Source: Rhizodiscina lignyota (taxonomy: Eukaryota). From it: 64,000 bases of DNA. A program made the translations under genes and the position numbers. The stretch lies in NCBI GenBank assembly GCA_010015805.1, contig ML978125.1:930001-994000 (forward strand), given 5' to 3'. The notes below the pieces were generated by a model, which saw nothing but the letters and a program-made list of their open reading frames with translations, did no database searches and was not told the DNA's origin. Shown piece after piece: positions 13,722 through 25,044 of this stretch; position 1 is the stretch's first letter; each line of letters opens with the position of its first letter.

Positions 13722-15150
13722 GACACGAGAGCAACGGTTTTGCTGTAATATGCAGGGGCGGTGAGGAGAGAGTTCGAAACTCTCCGGCCACGTTGTTGAT
13801 TCGCCACTCGACTCGATGCCGTCTCCAGATGCCAAATGTGCGACGTAGACGGCACAGCGGAAGACTCACATCGAGAGTGGTGACTTGGCAGCTGCAAAGG
13901 AAGTCACTCGAGCAGGAGGTTCAACGCCAGTCAGCGTAAGCGCGCTAGCTATCAGCACGGTCGTTTGAGGCTGTGGTCCAAATAGGCAGTGGTGACAGAC
14001 GGTCACACTCTCGCGGCTTCTAAGCGTCCGGCCCAGCAGCCGGGGAATTGAACAGTTCCAGTCAAGATCTTCTTCCTAGGCACGGAAGCGGGATAGGTGC
14101 GTCTGCCCTGACCAAGTCGTGTATCGCGCAGCGACGCGGCTCTAATCTCTATCGGTTCCTGAGCGTGGGTTCTGCGCCAATTCGCCGGGCGTGAACGCGA
14201 GTCGAGCAGTGCCGTGGTGCTGTGCAGCAAGCGTGCAGGCACGATGCATAGAGGCCGCAGAAGGCGGCACGCACAGGCTCGTCCGTCCATTTCGCTGGGG
14301 TTTCGAAGACCAGCGTCCCCAGCGCTCGAAGGGCGCAGGCCCTGGTTAAATGTTTGTTCAGCATTGCTCTGCACTTCCTTTTCCCACGTCGCCGCCAGCG
14401 AACCCACTCGCGATCCATGGGAACGGCAGGGGAGCCGGGTCGGAGCGCGCAAAGCGCAAGTGAAACGTCCATGCGGCGTGGCCACTCGTGGTATTTTCGC
14501 GAGCGACGCCGCTCACTGGCTGCGTCCTCGAAGTGCTGAGCGGCTTCGCCCATGTTTCAGGCACAGAGAGGGCTCAAAGCTCCCTCTGATCCGCGCGGTC
14601 CGGCCACTGAGACGGGGAGAGGCGTGGCACTGACAGCACAGTGCTGATGGGCATCACCAAAATTAGCGCCTCGTCGTCCACAAGAGTAAGACCTCGCCCA
14701 TTGCGTGGTAGGGACGGGGTTGATATTGCTTCTCCCACGAGGCCCGTGCCGCGCCAGCGAGGAGTGCAGAGGTGCGGGCGAATGACGGATCGGCGTTGCG
14801 ATGCAGAGTGCGCCAGCAAGCCCGCAGTGATCACCTTGGGCAGGCTGCGCGCTCTTGCTGGCCGAGAGCAATTGTGCGAAAAGAAATTCCTCTCACACGC
14901 TGCCGGATGCGCCAAATAGTGCCAGCCCTGCAAGGAACACGCAAGGACGGCTATCCTCAGCAGAGCGACGGGCTGTATAGAAACGTCGAACCTTCCCTCG
15001 CTCGCCGCCGTCACTTCTGCTCGCGGCCTCGACGTGCCCGGCACCAACATGGCCTGATGTCGATGCCTTCCTGACAGCACATCCATCCGCTAACACTCCT
15101 TCTTTTCTTCCTTACCAGCAATCATTGACTCTCTCTCCCTTGTCCGTACC

Positions 15151-17067
15151 ATGCCGGCCATGGTCTTCTTCCACCACCAGACGCCCACCGCGTCGACCCT
15201 CCCTCCGCCCTCCGATCCCTGGAAGCGCGAGGCCACAGCAGCTATGAAGAAGCACCATTCCGGCTATACAATTTCCAAGCCGACGCTCACCGAGGCCGAG
15301 TTCGCTGAGCTGCCTCCGTCGATTCAGTAGGTGCATTTCGTTTGATTTGTGTCTGGCGAGCACTTAAACTGCATTTATCCATCGGCTGCCTATCCTTCCA
15401 CCATCCCTTGACGTCGCTTTCCCCTCGCAGCAAGACGCAGCAATGCTATAGCCCGACTGGCGACGGACTCCTGGTCCAAGCCTCCGGCGAGTCGACCGTC
15501 AGCGGTCGCTAACTCGTTTGCGGATGGACCTTGCATTGGGAAGAAAAGGTCCCCGTCATGCATTGGCGCGAAACTGTCTCCCGCATGTCGAACCTACCTA
15601 CAAACGCATGCCCCTCCTCGCAGCTCGTCACCTCGCTTCACCTCACTTCTTCCTCTCGCACCTTTTAACTAACCTGCCATCCCCAGACGAAAGTATTTCT
15701 CTTCCGTCGAGCGTCTGCGAATTGCCGAGCATACCGCGTCTGTGCTTTCGCGAACTCGCCCAATCGAGCAACCAGCAAGGAGTGTCCGGCATTCGAAGAG
15801 CATTCCGTCTAGCCTCGATCAGGTCGCCCGCTCCAATTCCAAAAAACGTCGCCGGCTGCGAAAGCCCGAGGCCGCACTCTACGATCAATTGGTGTCCCAA
15901 AACGAGGCTCAATGGTTTCTTAACCTGCCGGAGAAGGTCCGCCGGCAACAATTCTCAAGAGAGGAGCAGATCTTGTTCGCCAGCCGATGCGACTCGCTTG
16001 CGCTGGACAGCACGGACGAAGCATCCCCTTCTGTCCCATCTGTACCATTCCAGAACGAGCTACCACCCCCTCGAACGCCAGTAAGGCCCAAGACTTCCTC
16101 ATCGCTTGGGACGACCTGTTTCGAACAGAGCCCCGTTCCAATTGTTGAGGAGGCAGTCTCTATAAAATACTTCAGGCCTGACGACATGGCATCCTGCTTC
16201 GATCCCTCCTTTACCAAAAGATCCCGCAGGCCGTCAACAAGGCGCACTCGTTCCATGAGCGGCGTAAGCACTCGACACTCCACGTCTTCTGTGCCTCCCC
16301 TGCTCCCCTCACCGTTCATGCATCAGGCTGGATCGGCGCATAAACGCGCCATTTCCTCTGCCCCACGAGCTTCCGAAAGCTCTGCGTCAGCGTTCGACCC
16401 AAATGCTGTACACTATAGCGACCCAGAAGCACGGATGAAGCTCCGAATGTATCTCGGTTCGCCTCAGAAGTTTGACGAGGCCTTGGAGTTTGGTTTTCCG
16501 TCCGGCGAGCAGGCTGAGGTGCCACTGACCGCTGACCGCAGCGTTCACTTCCTCGCTCCGCTCACACTTACCCACGACTTTCAGTCATTTCTGAATGATG
16601 ACTGGCTGTCCTTTCTGGATTCAGACGAAGAACTTGACGATGACGATGAGGTCGAGAGGGAGTCACTCCCAGACGCAGAGAGTCCTGTGACACCCGGCGA
16701 ATCTGACGAGATGTTTCGAAACTCGCCAAGAGTCCCATCACAGATGGCTTCGGTGGAGTCTGGTCCCTCTGCTCCACGTCCATCATCCAGCTACAAGCAG
16801 AAAACAGACGTGTTCGGCCACTCTGTATCAGGTAGCCGTGAGATGACTCTTCGCATGACGTTGACTCGACCCGACCTTCGTGCGAATGAGGTGGAGCTCT
16901 ATGGATGGCAAGGAAAGCCGAAAGATGATCCGCTCGCACTAGAAGAGCTGCCAATATCCGACGACATGAATGGAGGGCAAAGTCCATTTACCACCAAGCC
17001 GAACCGCAAGTCTGGACGCATGAGCATGAAGCAATTCTTGAACAAGGTCAGGAAAGAGCGCCGATAA
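15151..17067 (+). CDS. Conserved fungal hypothetical Ser/Pro-rich protein (often auto-annotated 'mucin')
   Basis: Exon 1 15151-15326 (..EAEFAELPPSI) and a 360-nt intron 15327-15686 give QRKYFSSVERLR. Conserved blocks LPEKVRRQQFSREEQ, ARMKLRMYLGSPQKFDEALEFGFPS and REMTLRMTLTRPDLRA. Confidence 0.75.
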
Positions 17068-17942
17068 GCGCTTCCCTAGGTAGTCGTACTTTTCCATTTT
17101 GCATGACTTTAGCGCCCGTTGCCATTTCCTTTTTGCTGTTTTTTAGCGGGAGTTCCGGGATAAAAAATCTCTGTGCATTATAGGTGGGATACGAGACTAC
17201 CAGGAGTCTTAGGCGCATGAAGCCAGGATAAGAGTCCATGGCGCTTCGCTTTGCTTTTCGCCGCTGCATTGACAGAGTATGGGGAATAAGAAGGGGAGTA
17301 GCTACAGTAGCTGCACACGCGGGGGACTATCTGTGTTTTATCTACATTGTAATTGCTGCTGAGGAGATACTGGGGGGGATCTAGTCACCGCTTCTTTCAT
17401 TGCTTCACATATGTACCTCGATGTACAAAGAGTAGAGGGGCTGCAATGCCCCATATGCACATGAGCCCTGAGGCTCTACTGCGCTGTCCAGGAGGCGGAT
17501 ACAGCCAATTTGGCCAAATGCAATCACCTCAATAAAACCTCATTTTAACCTGAACGTGTTCATTCGGCAGATCCACGAGAGTGCCCTGGCATGTCGCATG
17601 AATCGCCCGAGTCGCTGCTCCTTGCAGCTGCGTTAGCGGCGTCCCAAACAACACAGCTGTTTTGGATCTCCGTACGCATCACCACCCACGTCTCCCGTAC
17701 AAAGTTCTCCTTCCTGCCTCCTTCCTTGTCACGATCCTTGATGCTGACTTAGCTCTTTTTCTTTTCTCTTGACAACACACGCGCCAGGCAGCAGCAACTT
17801 CACTGTTTACACTCCCGTCCGCTTGAGATCAACAACGCGTCTTTAGCTCCCTTCGGAGAGATTCGCTCGCGCCCTCTCTAAAGCTCACAACAGCTCAGCT
17901 TCGGGACGCGACGCGCACTCACCGCACCACCAACAAGCAAAC

Positions 17943-19665
17943 ATGTCGCTCCTTTCCATCTACCAGCAGTTTCTGCGCACCCCAAATACCTCCGTCCTCG
18001 CCGACAATGCCGCGATATACTACATACCAACTCTCACTACCATCAATGAGCCAGCGGCGATCATTAGACACCTCCAGGCGCAAGGCAGGCAATTGAAGAA
18101 GAAGAGCGAGACGGCACTCGACGCGATAGAAGGCGCAAGTGGCCTGCATCTGGACACGGAGACCACCATCGAATTCATATCTGGTGGAGGAGCATATCTG
18201 CCTGGGCTGGATGATAATTTCATTGCGGACAAGATCGTCACGCTTCCTCTGGTAAGCCTGGCTTCAGCAGTTCTATCGGGACGTACAATTGACAACTTAT
18301 AACCAGTCTCACGCTGTCCATTTCGACGAACATCAGAAGATTTCCCACATACGCATCTCCTGGGATCAAGGCTCGCTTCTCAAGCAGATCGATGTTATCG
18401 GCGCGCGTGGCCGCAATTGGCCCCTTCGTGATGGCAAAGACCAGGCGCGTCTAATTGCTTCCAATAGCTCTGCACCCGTCGAGCAAGCACCTATCGCATC
18501 GCGACGGACCACAACTAGCGAGCCAGACAGTCGCGGACGCTCGCGCGGCAGCACTTCGACGAGTGCGACTGGAGATCCACACGCCAGCCTGTCACTCTTC
18601 GCACCGCGTCAGGATGATGATGGGGGTTCATTCTCGCCCACCAGCGGAGCGTCCGTCGCGACTCGCGTGTCTGCAAGGCCCCCAACACGCGATCTAACCG
18701 ATCTTCTCGCGGAAGACGCGCCTTCCCCTGCCTCTACCATCCAAAACCCGTCTCCGAAGAAGAATGGCAACCACGCAAGAGCTGGTGCAGGGAAGAACTA
18801 CCATCCTGTGCGCTTATTCGATGAGAACGACGAGCGTCCGGTGTCTCCTGAGAAGGTTGTCAAGCCCAACTCGAAGAAGTACCAACACTTCGAATTCGGT
18901 CAAGGCGAGGAGGCACCACCCGAGAACCCTGCTGTTCTTGCCGCTCTCGAAGAAAGGAACAGGAAGCATGCGAGCCAGTGGGCCTTTGAAGACTTCGTGA
19001 CGCCGGACAAAGTCAAGCCCAAGCTTCGCACGCAGGATATGCGAACGTTCGGATGGAGCGACGATGAGGAGGATGGTGAGACTTCTCCCATCCATCGTGA
19101 AGTCGTGCATCAGCCTCGCCCAGACGCAAAACCTCACTTTGAATTCGCGGATGACGGAACACCAATCGCCGAGCGTAAGCAAACCGCGACGAAGCTACAC
19201 AAGGGGAGTCTAGGATTGTACAAGGACCATATCTTGGGCGACGACGATGCGGAAGACCCTAATCTCGTGAAGAAGCCACTGTCAACCGTCACCAACATCA
19301 AGAATCAAGACCGCCATCGTGACTTCGACAGCCAATTCGAAATGACGGACGCGAGCCCGGTCGGCAAAGCTCGCGTTGACACCAGCGCTGGCGGAAACAA
19401 GGCAAAAGGCAATAGCAAGCCGAACGACAACCAGAAGAAAGTGCTCAATGGAATGAGTGCGAATTGGGGCATGTACGACAACTCGCCAGACAGCAGCTCG
19501 AAGGAGTCAAAGGAGAAGGAGAACCGCGGCATCAAGGCAGGCGGTAACGGCATGGGCGGGCGCAAGGGCGCGACACGACACTGGGGAATTGGAGACTCTG
19601 ATGAGGAAGACGCAGCACCGGCTAAGCAACAGCCTGCTGCCAACAAGACCTTCTGGGACTTTTGA
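17943..19665 (+). CDS. NTF2-like domain protein with disordered C-terminus (conserved fungal)
   Basis: Two exons, intron ~18251-18306. YIPTLTTI..., FISGGGAYLPGLDDNF, IRISWDQGSLLKQIDVIGARGRNWP, and terminal FWDF. Confidence 0.8.
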
Positions 19666-20631
19666 GCATGGGACTTGGGCGAGGTCGATTTGCGAGCGAA
19701 AAAAGCTTTCTCATGACATCCATGCGTTCTACGGCCGCGAAGAGGAAGGGGGATTCTGCGATGACGAACGACATGTCCGCCTGAATGGCTTCATGGTTCA
19801 TGTTTATGCCTTTCCCTTTCCTTTTTTCTTGTTTCTTGTGATTCACTAATCCTGGATGCGTTACCGCTCCCTTGGAAAGTCTTCTTCCTTTGGTACTTGG
19901 AGGGTCTAGCGTGTCTTTCTCCTTTTTCTTCCCTGTATAAGTATCCCGTATAGCTAGCTAGCTAGATAGCATCAGGTGCTCAAATACATCGTGTCTCGTA
20001 GACTTAACACTTCCATTCCATATTTCTCCAAGTCCGTCAGGTGCATCTCTTCTCAATCGGCTGATTACAATCACACAGTTTGAACGGGTTGGGGGTTTCA
20101 ACAACGGGCTTGGGACTTGGTGAAAAGGTTAAATCATGTTGTCCACGGCCACAGTTTACATCGCCGAGCCCATTGGCATCAGTTCACTATTGCTCCGGTT
20201 CCCACACCTTAAACTCTATTCCGAACTGCATGCTATCATCGATCTCGAAGCGGTTGGAGGCTTCCTCAACGAGCACGCGACCTTTCGTGCACACATGATT
20301 GTGTTTGCCATAGCTGGTATTTACCAAGTCAGGGACTATTGCACAAGTTCTCCAAATTCCTTCAAGTCAACCAAATATCCCTTGAGGCGGCATGTGTCGG
20401 AACTACAATTCGACACCATTGGAAGCCTCCTCATCGGCCTTGGAACCTACTACGCGGATCAAAGTCCATAGGCTATAGGGACTATTTCTGAAGCCAGACG
20501 CTGTAACAGGAGTTCAAGCAATTCCTCCAAGTCGCACAGGGATACTCTACTTCGACCTGTGCGTGAGCATAGTATAAGAGATAATGCGAAGTCTCCTCAC
20601 TGAACCTGAGACTTTGTAGGGAAATGGAAAC

Positions 20632-21068
20632 TCATTGAGCGCAGACGGAATTGCTAAAGTTGAGTACAATAGTACGGATTGACCATGCTTCGATCACAGC
20701 TTTAACCGTCTCATCTTCGTGATGGGGCTCAGCGTATGCTGTGGAAGCAGCCCGTGAGCCTCTCTTCTTTGAGGTCTTGGATTTCTTTTTGGCGATTCAT
20801 CCTCGATCTCCTCAACTTCTTCGTCAGAAAGGTCCTTAGGATCCTCTTCGACGTCATCATCTGGCCCAGCAATATACTCAAAAGCCTCGTCATCAAGAAA
20901 AGCATCATCGGCATCTAAGATGTATTCATCCTCAGCATCGGATGCCTCAAGCTCGACACCGTTGCTCTAGGCGATGTCATTGGACCATGTGTCGAAATAA
21001 TGATTATAACTGTCTCGAGTCAGGTACAGTAGTGGAGGCTTGCTTGCTTTTCCAAGTCCTTTAGACAT
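20632..21068 (-). pseudogene. Decayed gene fragment (acidic tract followed by basic tract)
   Basis: ATG 21068 MSKGLGKASKPPLLY...NDIA, then an in-frame TAG (20969-20967), then a highly acidic run (EASDAEDEYILDADDAFLDDEAFEY...). A protein-like continuation KKSKTSKKRGSRAA... needs a one-base shift at the A5 run near 20786. Confidence 0.45.
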
Positions 21069-21201
21069 ACCTCTATTAGGCCATGTTCGACCACGCTATT
21101 TGACGTCGGGAGAAGCCTCCTCATCACACTTGGACTTTGCGCAGAAATGTAATCACTTTGTGTTCAAAGTGTGCTCATCCAATTTGTGGGTATCTCGCTG
21201 G

Positions 21202-21876
21202 CTACATGAATGCGTCTGCCGGAATCTGATCCTTCTTCTCGGCATATATGGCCGATGCCTTGTCCCAGTCCCAATCGCCCGCCTCCAAGCACATCACCGC
21301 ATATTCCTTTCTCATCCTTGTGGCCTCCATCACCCTCTTCACCATCTCCTCCCTCCGCATCTCTTCCTTCCTGTCCTCCTCCGGGTCACTATCCGGCATC
21401 TCCACGTCTTCCATCTCCTCCGCCTGTTTGGGGGCATCTGCTTCGATTGTGATCGGAGTCCCCGCGAAGTCGTAGCCACTTAGGTTGATAGTGGCGATGT
21501 AGTCGCTCTTGACGACCTGGATGGTGAGCGTGCCATTGTTGACAGTGTGACTTTGGATCTGGACCGGGGCGCCTTGCCGTCTCCCGTGTGATGTGTTGTG
21601 CTTTTGTTTCGATATTGTCGCGCGTCGCTCGATGAATGCGATCAGCGCGGCAACTCCGCCGTCCGGGTTGCTGGAGGCTTTGCTGTTCCTCCAACCCGAC
21701 ACGTGAAGTGTCCTTAGCGGTTGTTCCGCGTGACGGTCTGGTGCCGCGGACATTGAGACATCGCTACCTCGGTCGGTGCGTGCGTGTTTGTAGTTGTTGT
21801 ATTGGTAGGATCGAGGGGCGTCTTGATGGTCATATGGTGTTTGTTGGCTGGATCGCTTCATTGTGAAAGCAGCCAT
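21202..21876 (-). CDS. Truncated Mex67/TAP-like protein: N-terminal RNA-binding region plus C-terminal TAP-C (UBA-like) domain
   Basis: Intronless 224 aa. LHVSGWRNSKASSNPDGGVAALIAFIERRA and LSGYDFAGTPITIE resemble the N-terminus of filamentous-fungal Mex67. EMVKRVMEATRMRKEYAVMCLEAGDWDWDKASAIYAEKKDQIPADAF is a TAP-C signature. Confidence 0.75.
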   Translation of the reverse strand: MAAFTMKRSSQQTPYDHQDAPRSYQYNNYKHARTDRGSDVSMSAAPDRHAEQPLRTLHVSGWRNSKASSNPDGGVAALIAFIERRATISKQKHNTSHGRRQGAPVQIQSHTVNNGTLTIQVVKSDYIATINLSGYDFAGTPITIEADAPKQAEEMEDVEMPDSDPEEDRKEEMRREEMVKRVMEATRMRKEYAVMCLEAGDWDWDKASAIYAEKKDQIPADAFM

Positions 21877-22383
21877 GATGGTGATGTTGTGTGTGTGTGT
21901 CGTTATCGAGAGTGTAGGGTAGTGTGGAGGTGTGCTTTAAGAGGTGTGCGTAGTCTTTGTGAAGCTTTCCCTGATGTGTATAAGTTGTGTACAAATGTTT
22001 GATGATAAATGGATGCTTTGAAGTTGTACTTCTCAAGCGATGTCTGAGTATTGTGTTGAGAAGAAGGAGAGGAAGAGACGGAAGCCTTTGTAGCTGACCC
22101 GCACACTGTGGGGAACTTTCATCAACGACGGGATCGCCAGAGTCTTGGCAGGGTCTCAGGCACCAGCCCTAGATCCGACCAATGACGACACCGTGCATTT
22201 AAAATCTCCGTCGCTCCCAACGCACAAGAGCGAAAACGTTGAAAAAACATCGCACAAACTTAATTTTTTAGTTTTTAATTCATCACTCATTATTGGATTG
22301 GCCAATGGCATGAGAGCTTTTGCATACAATCACGTCTGTACATCATTTCCAATTTCAGATATCCAGCGGTGACTGGATGTTAT

Positions 22384-25044
22384 TCAGGACTGCCACCGAA
22401 ACTTTTCGCTCCTCAGCATACTAACCAGGCCAATTGGTAGCAGGCCTTGGTCGCCCATCGCCAATCCACCGAAGCGCTCGATCAGGTCGGTAGCGTACAA
22501 TTCCAGGGCCCACTTCCAGTACGGCTTCAGGCCGCCCCACGTCTGCGAGAAATCCCCCGAGAACTCAATGTTCGAGGGCAGCGTCTTGAGGGCATTTTCG
22601 ACGTCCTGCGTGGCTTCAAGGACGTCCTCAGGAGATGCCTCCATCAACTCCTCGTACGTGCGATGAAGGTACGAACTTGTCTCTTCCATGAAGCTTGTGA
22701 ATTCCTTGAAGCCCATAAACGGCTCGTCTTCCTCAGGTTTGTAGGCACTAGTATTCAGATTAGGGTTGTGTTCCCCACTGTCATACTTTTCTTTCAGCCT
22801 CTCATAATCCTCCTCCTCTTTCTCGAAAGCGCGGTTGACCCTTTCCTTTGGAGAGATGAAAGGATGTCGCACCTGCATGAAGAGTGGGATAAACGGTGAT
22901 CGCAGTTCGAGTCCACCAAGCTCAATCGGCAGGTAGAAGAAGCCGTCTGGGAGATCGGTAACATCGAAGCGCTCACGGATGACCTTGCGGAGATATTCCG
23001 TTACGTTTGCACCAGAGCCTTGGTCGCTGTCAAACAGCCTTCGTTGGATGTACTCGAAAGTCTCGATCACCATCTTCACGTGTTCTTTTCCGAAGCATCG
23101 CGCAGGTTGGCCAAAGTTGTTGCTAAAGAAGCGGTCGACGTAGCTGTTGTATGCCTGAACCCAAGCGAACACACTTCGGCACGCGGACAGTTGACGCTGC
23201 AGCTCCTTGATATGGTCCTCGACCTCTTCCTTGTCGATCACCCATCGGCCTGATCTGGCATCCAGTTTGAGGAAACCCCATCGGACAGCACCGGAGGGTA
23301 GCACAGATGATGGTTTCTTGATGGAACCAGCTTCGCCAGATACCTGCACTGCACCGGTCTTCTCCTCATTCAGTTCTAAGCCCATGACTTTGGAGAATTC
23401 GAGGATCGCTTTCCATGCCTCCGCACACACAGTCTCCTGCCCCCAAAACCAGAGGTCGTCATGGAAACGGTATATGTTTGCTCCCTTCGTGCGTTGATTG
23501 ACTGCAAAGTCAAGGCAAAAGAGTACCGCCTCACCGAGCGCATCGCTCAGGATATGGGACATTGGAATGCCACGCTGTCTTCTCCGCACCTCTGAGTCTG
23601 CACCATCGTGTGCGAAAGAGAGTGGTGTCTCGAGGAACTTCTTGAAGAAGCGGAGCCATTTCGTCTTTACTCCGAAAAACTTCAGCACTGTGAAGATGGT
23701 CGAATGCGGCAGAGAAGGACCAAACCACTTAAAGTCGGACTGGAGGATGGTGAATCCTCCATACAGTTTTGTGTTGACCAGCAATTCCGCAGTCGCCAGC
23801 CGCAGCATCGATTGCTTTATCACCATCGGGGCCTTCCTCTCGCCTAGGGCGAAGCTGTCAACGCTGTCATCTCCGTAGTCGCGTCCGCCGCCGTGGAATT
23901 GCGAAGGGAGTTGCGTCATGAAATAGTCCGTCTCATACATTGTCCTCCTCTCATTGCGCACGGTGGAAGCATTTCGGAGCCCCGAGTCGCTTCCCAAGAA
24001 GAACTCCCGTCTTTGTCTGTCTCTCTTGCCCATTGCTTTGTATGGATTGACAAGCCAAGCACCGGAGTGAAAGAACGATGTAAATGTCTGCTTTAGTAGT
24101 ACGGCCCACTTCGATCCGATGAAGTGGAGAAATATCGCCTGATGCAACTCTTCATCCATGAAGACGCGATACTTCCCATTGAGCTGTCGTCGCATGTGCA
24201 GCGGCACAGGTTGGGGATCCCATTTCCATTCTTCCAGGGAATCAAGATCCATGTTAAGGACATCCGCCATTTCAGCAAGGACGTCATCTCGGTCGCGAAG
24301 GTCAACCAAAGCCTCTCTCTTGGGTCCGGTAAAGAGGTCGGCCCTCAACAGCCCTTGGATGCAGGTGCACACAATACCAGCATCGAAGCGCTCTGGAGAC
24401 ATCTTATCGATATCCTTCAATTTCTCCCGCAGCTCTTCCAGCGGCGTCTTCTTCAGCTTTTTCGACTTGTGAACAGTTGCGAACAATTCTTGTAGATATT
24501 TTTCAATCGCAGATTGATCAGTCTCCTTAGCTTTGAAGGCGTAGCTCTCCCATTCTTTCCGCTGCTCATGCATCTCTTCGCGCCCGACCTGCTCAAAAGA
24601 CGTACTCGACTCTTCCGAGCTGTCTGAGTCTCTTCGCTTCTGGCCTGAAGCTCCAGCAACGGCATCGTTCGGGTTCTCAATCCATTCCGTTACCAGACGC
24701 CCAAACAGCGAGGCGTACTCGTATTTGAGGGCCTGGATATCGAGATCGTGTTCGAGCTTTTGCTGCCACTGTTTCAACAGTGCCTCAGAGACTGAAGGGT
24801 CATGCTTCGACTGGTCGAGGAAGCGAGTGACATTCTTTTCAGAGATGCCAGTTCGCCCGACTGTGATACTATGCTTTTCGCAACCTTCCAACAGAGCTCT
24901 GACTTTCTTCTCCAGGCTAGGTTCAGATTCGGCAGCCTTAAGGATCGCCTGCCTTTGCGAGTCGAACCTTTTCCGGAGTTCCACAAGCTTTTCGAGCTTC
25001 TTCTCTGTGACGTGGTGGAGAGTGGAGAGGACTGCGGAAGCCAT
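22384..25044 (-). CDS. rvt: RVT-class cellular reverse transcriptase-related protein
   Basis: Intronless 886 aa. Helical, coiled-coil-like N-terminus. RT motifs GKYRVFMDEE, LQSDFKWFGPSLPH, RGIPMSHILSDALGE, YRFHDDLWFW (23455-23466), GLELNEEKTG, VRWGFL. No endonuclease, RNase H, integrase, gag or flanking repeats seen. Confidence 0.9.
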   Translation of the reverse strand: MASAVLSTLHHVTEKKLEKLVELRKRFDSQRQAILKAAESEPSLEKKVRALLEGCEKHSITVGRTGISEKNVTRFLDQSKHDPSVSEALLKQWQQKLEHDLDIQALKYEYASLFGRLVTEWIENPNDAVAGASGQKRRDSDSSEESSTSFEQVGREEMHEQRKEWESYAFKAKETDQSAIEKYLQELFATVHKSKKLKKTPLEELREKLKDIDKMSPERFDAGIVCTCIQGLLRADLFTGPKREALVDLRDRDDVLAEMADVLNMDLDSLEEWKWDPQPVPLHMRRQLNGKYRVFMDEELHQAIFLHFIGSKWAVLLKQTFTSFFHSGAWLVNPYKAMGKRDRQRREFFLGSDSGLRNASTVRNERRTMYETDYFMTQLPSQFHGGGRDYGDDSVDSFALGERKAPMVIKQSMLRLATAELLVNTKLYGGFTILQSDFKWFGPSLPHSTIFTVLKFFGVKTKWLRFFKKFLETPLSFAHDGADSEVRRRQRGIPMSHILSDALGEAVLFCLDFAVNQRTKGANIYRFHDDLWFWGQETVCAEAWKAILEFSKVMGLELNEEKTGAVQVSGEAGSIKKPSSVLPSGAVRWGFLKLDARSGRWVIDKEEVEDHIKELQRQLSACRSVFAWVQAYNSYVDRFFSNNFGQPARCFGKEHVKMVIETFEYIQRRLFDSDQGSGANVTEYLRKVIRERFDVTDLPDGFFYLPIELGGLELRSPFIPLFMQVRHPFISPKERVNRAFEKEEEDYERLKEKYDSGEHNPNLNTSAYKPEEDEPFMGFKEFTSFMEETSSYLHRTYEELMEASPEDVLEATQDVENALKTLPSNIEFSGDFSQTWGGLKPYWKWALELYATDLIERFGGLAMGDQGLLPIGLVSMLRSEKFRWQS

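Noticed and set aside
13348..15096. Many overlapping 60-170 aa ORFs on both strands
   Set aside because: Arg/Ala/Cys-rich random-looking translations expected from GC-rich non-coding DNA.
17943..19665. Idea that the nearby NTF2-like gene supplies the NTF2 domain missing from mini-Mex67
   Set aside because: It belongs to a separate conserved fungal family with no visible Mex67/Mtr2 similarity and lies on the opposite strand.
22000..22050. TGATGA...CTGA resembling a C/D snoRNA between mini-Mex67 and rvt
   Set aside because: Boxes are only ~45 nt apart, with no terminal stem or recognisable guide sequence.
22384..25044. LINE/LTR retrotransposon or telomerase interpretation of the RT ORF
   Set aside because: No gag/ORF1, endonuclease, RNase H, integrase, terminal repeats, poly(A) tail or TERT T-motif seen. 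The motifs fit rvt.
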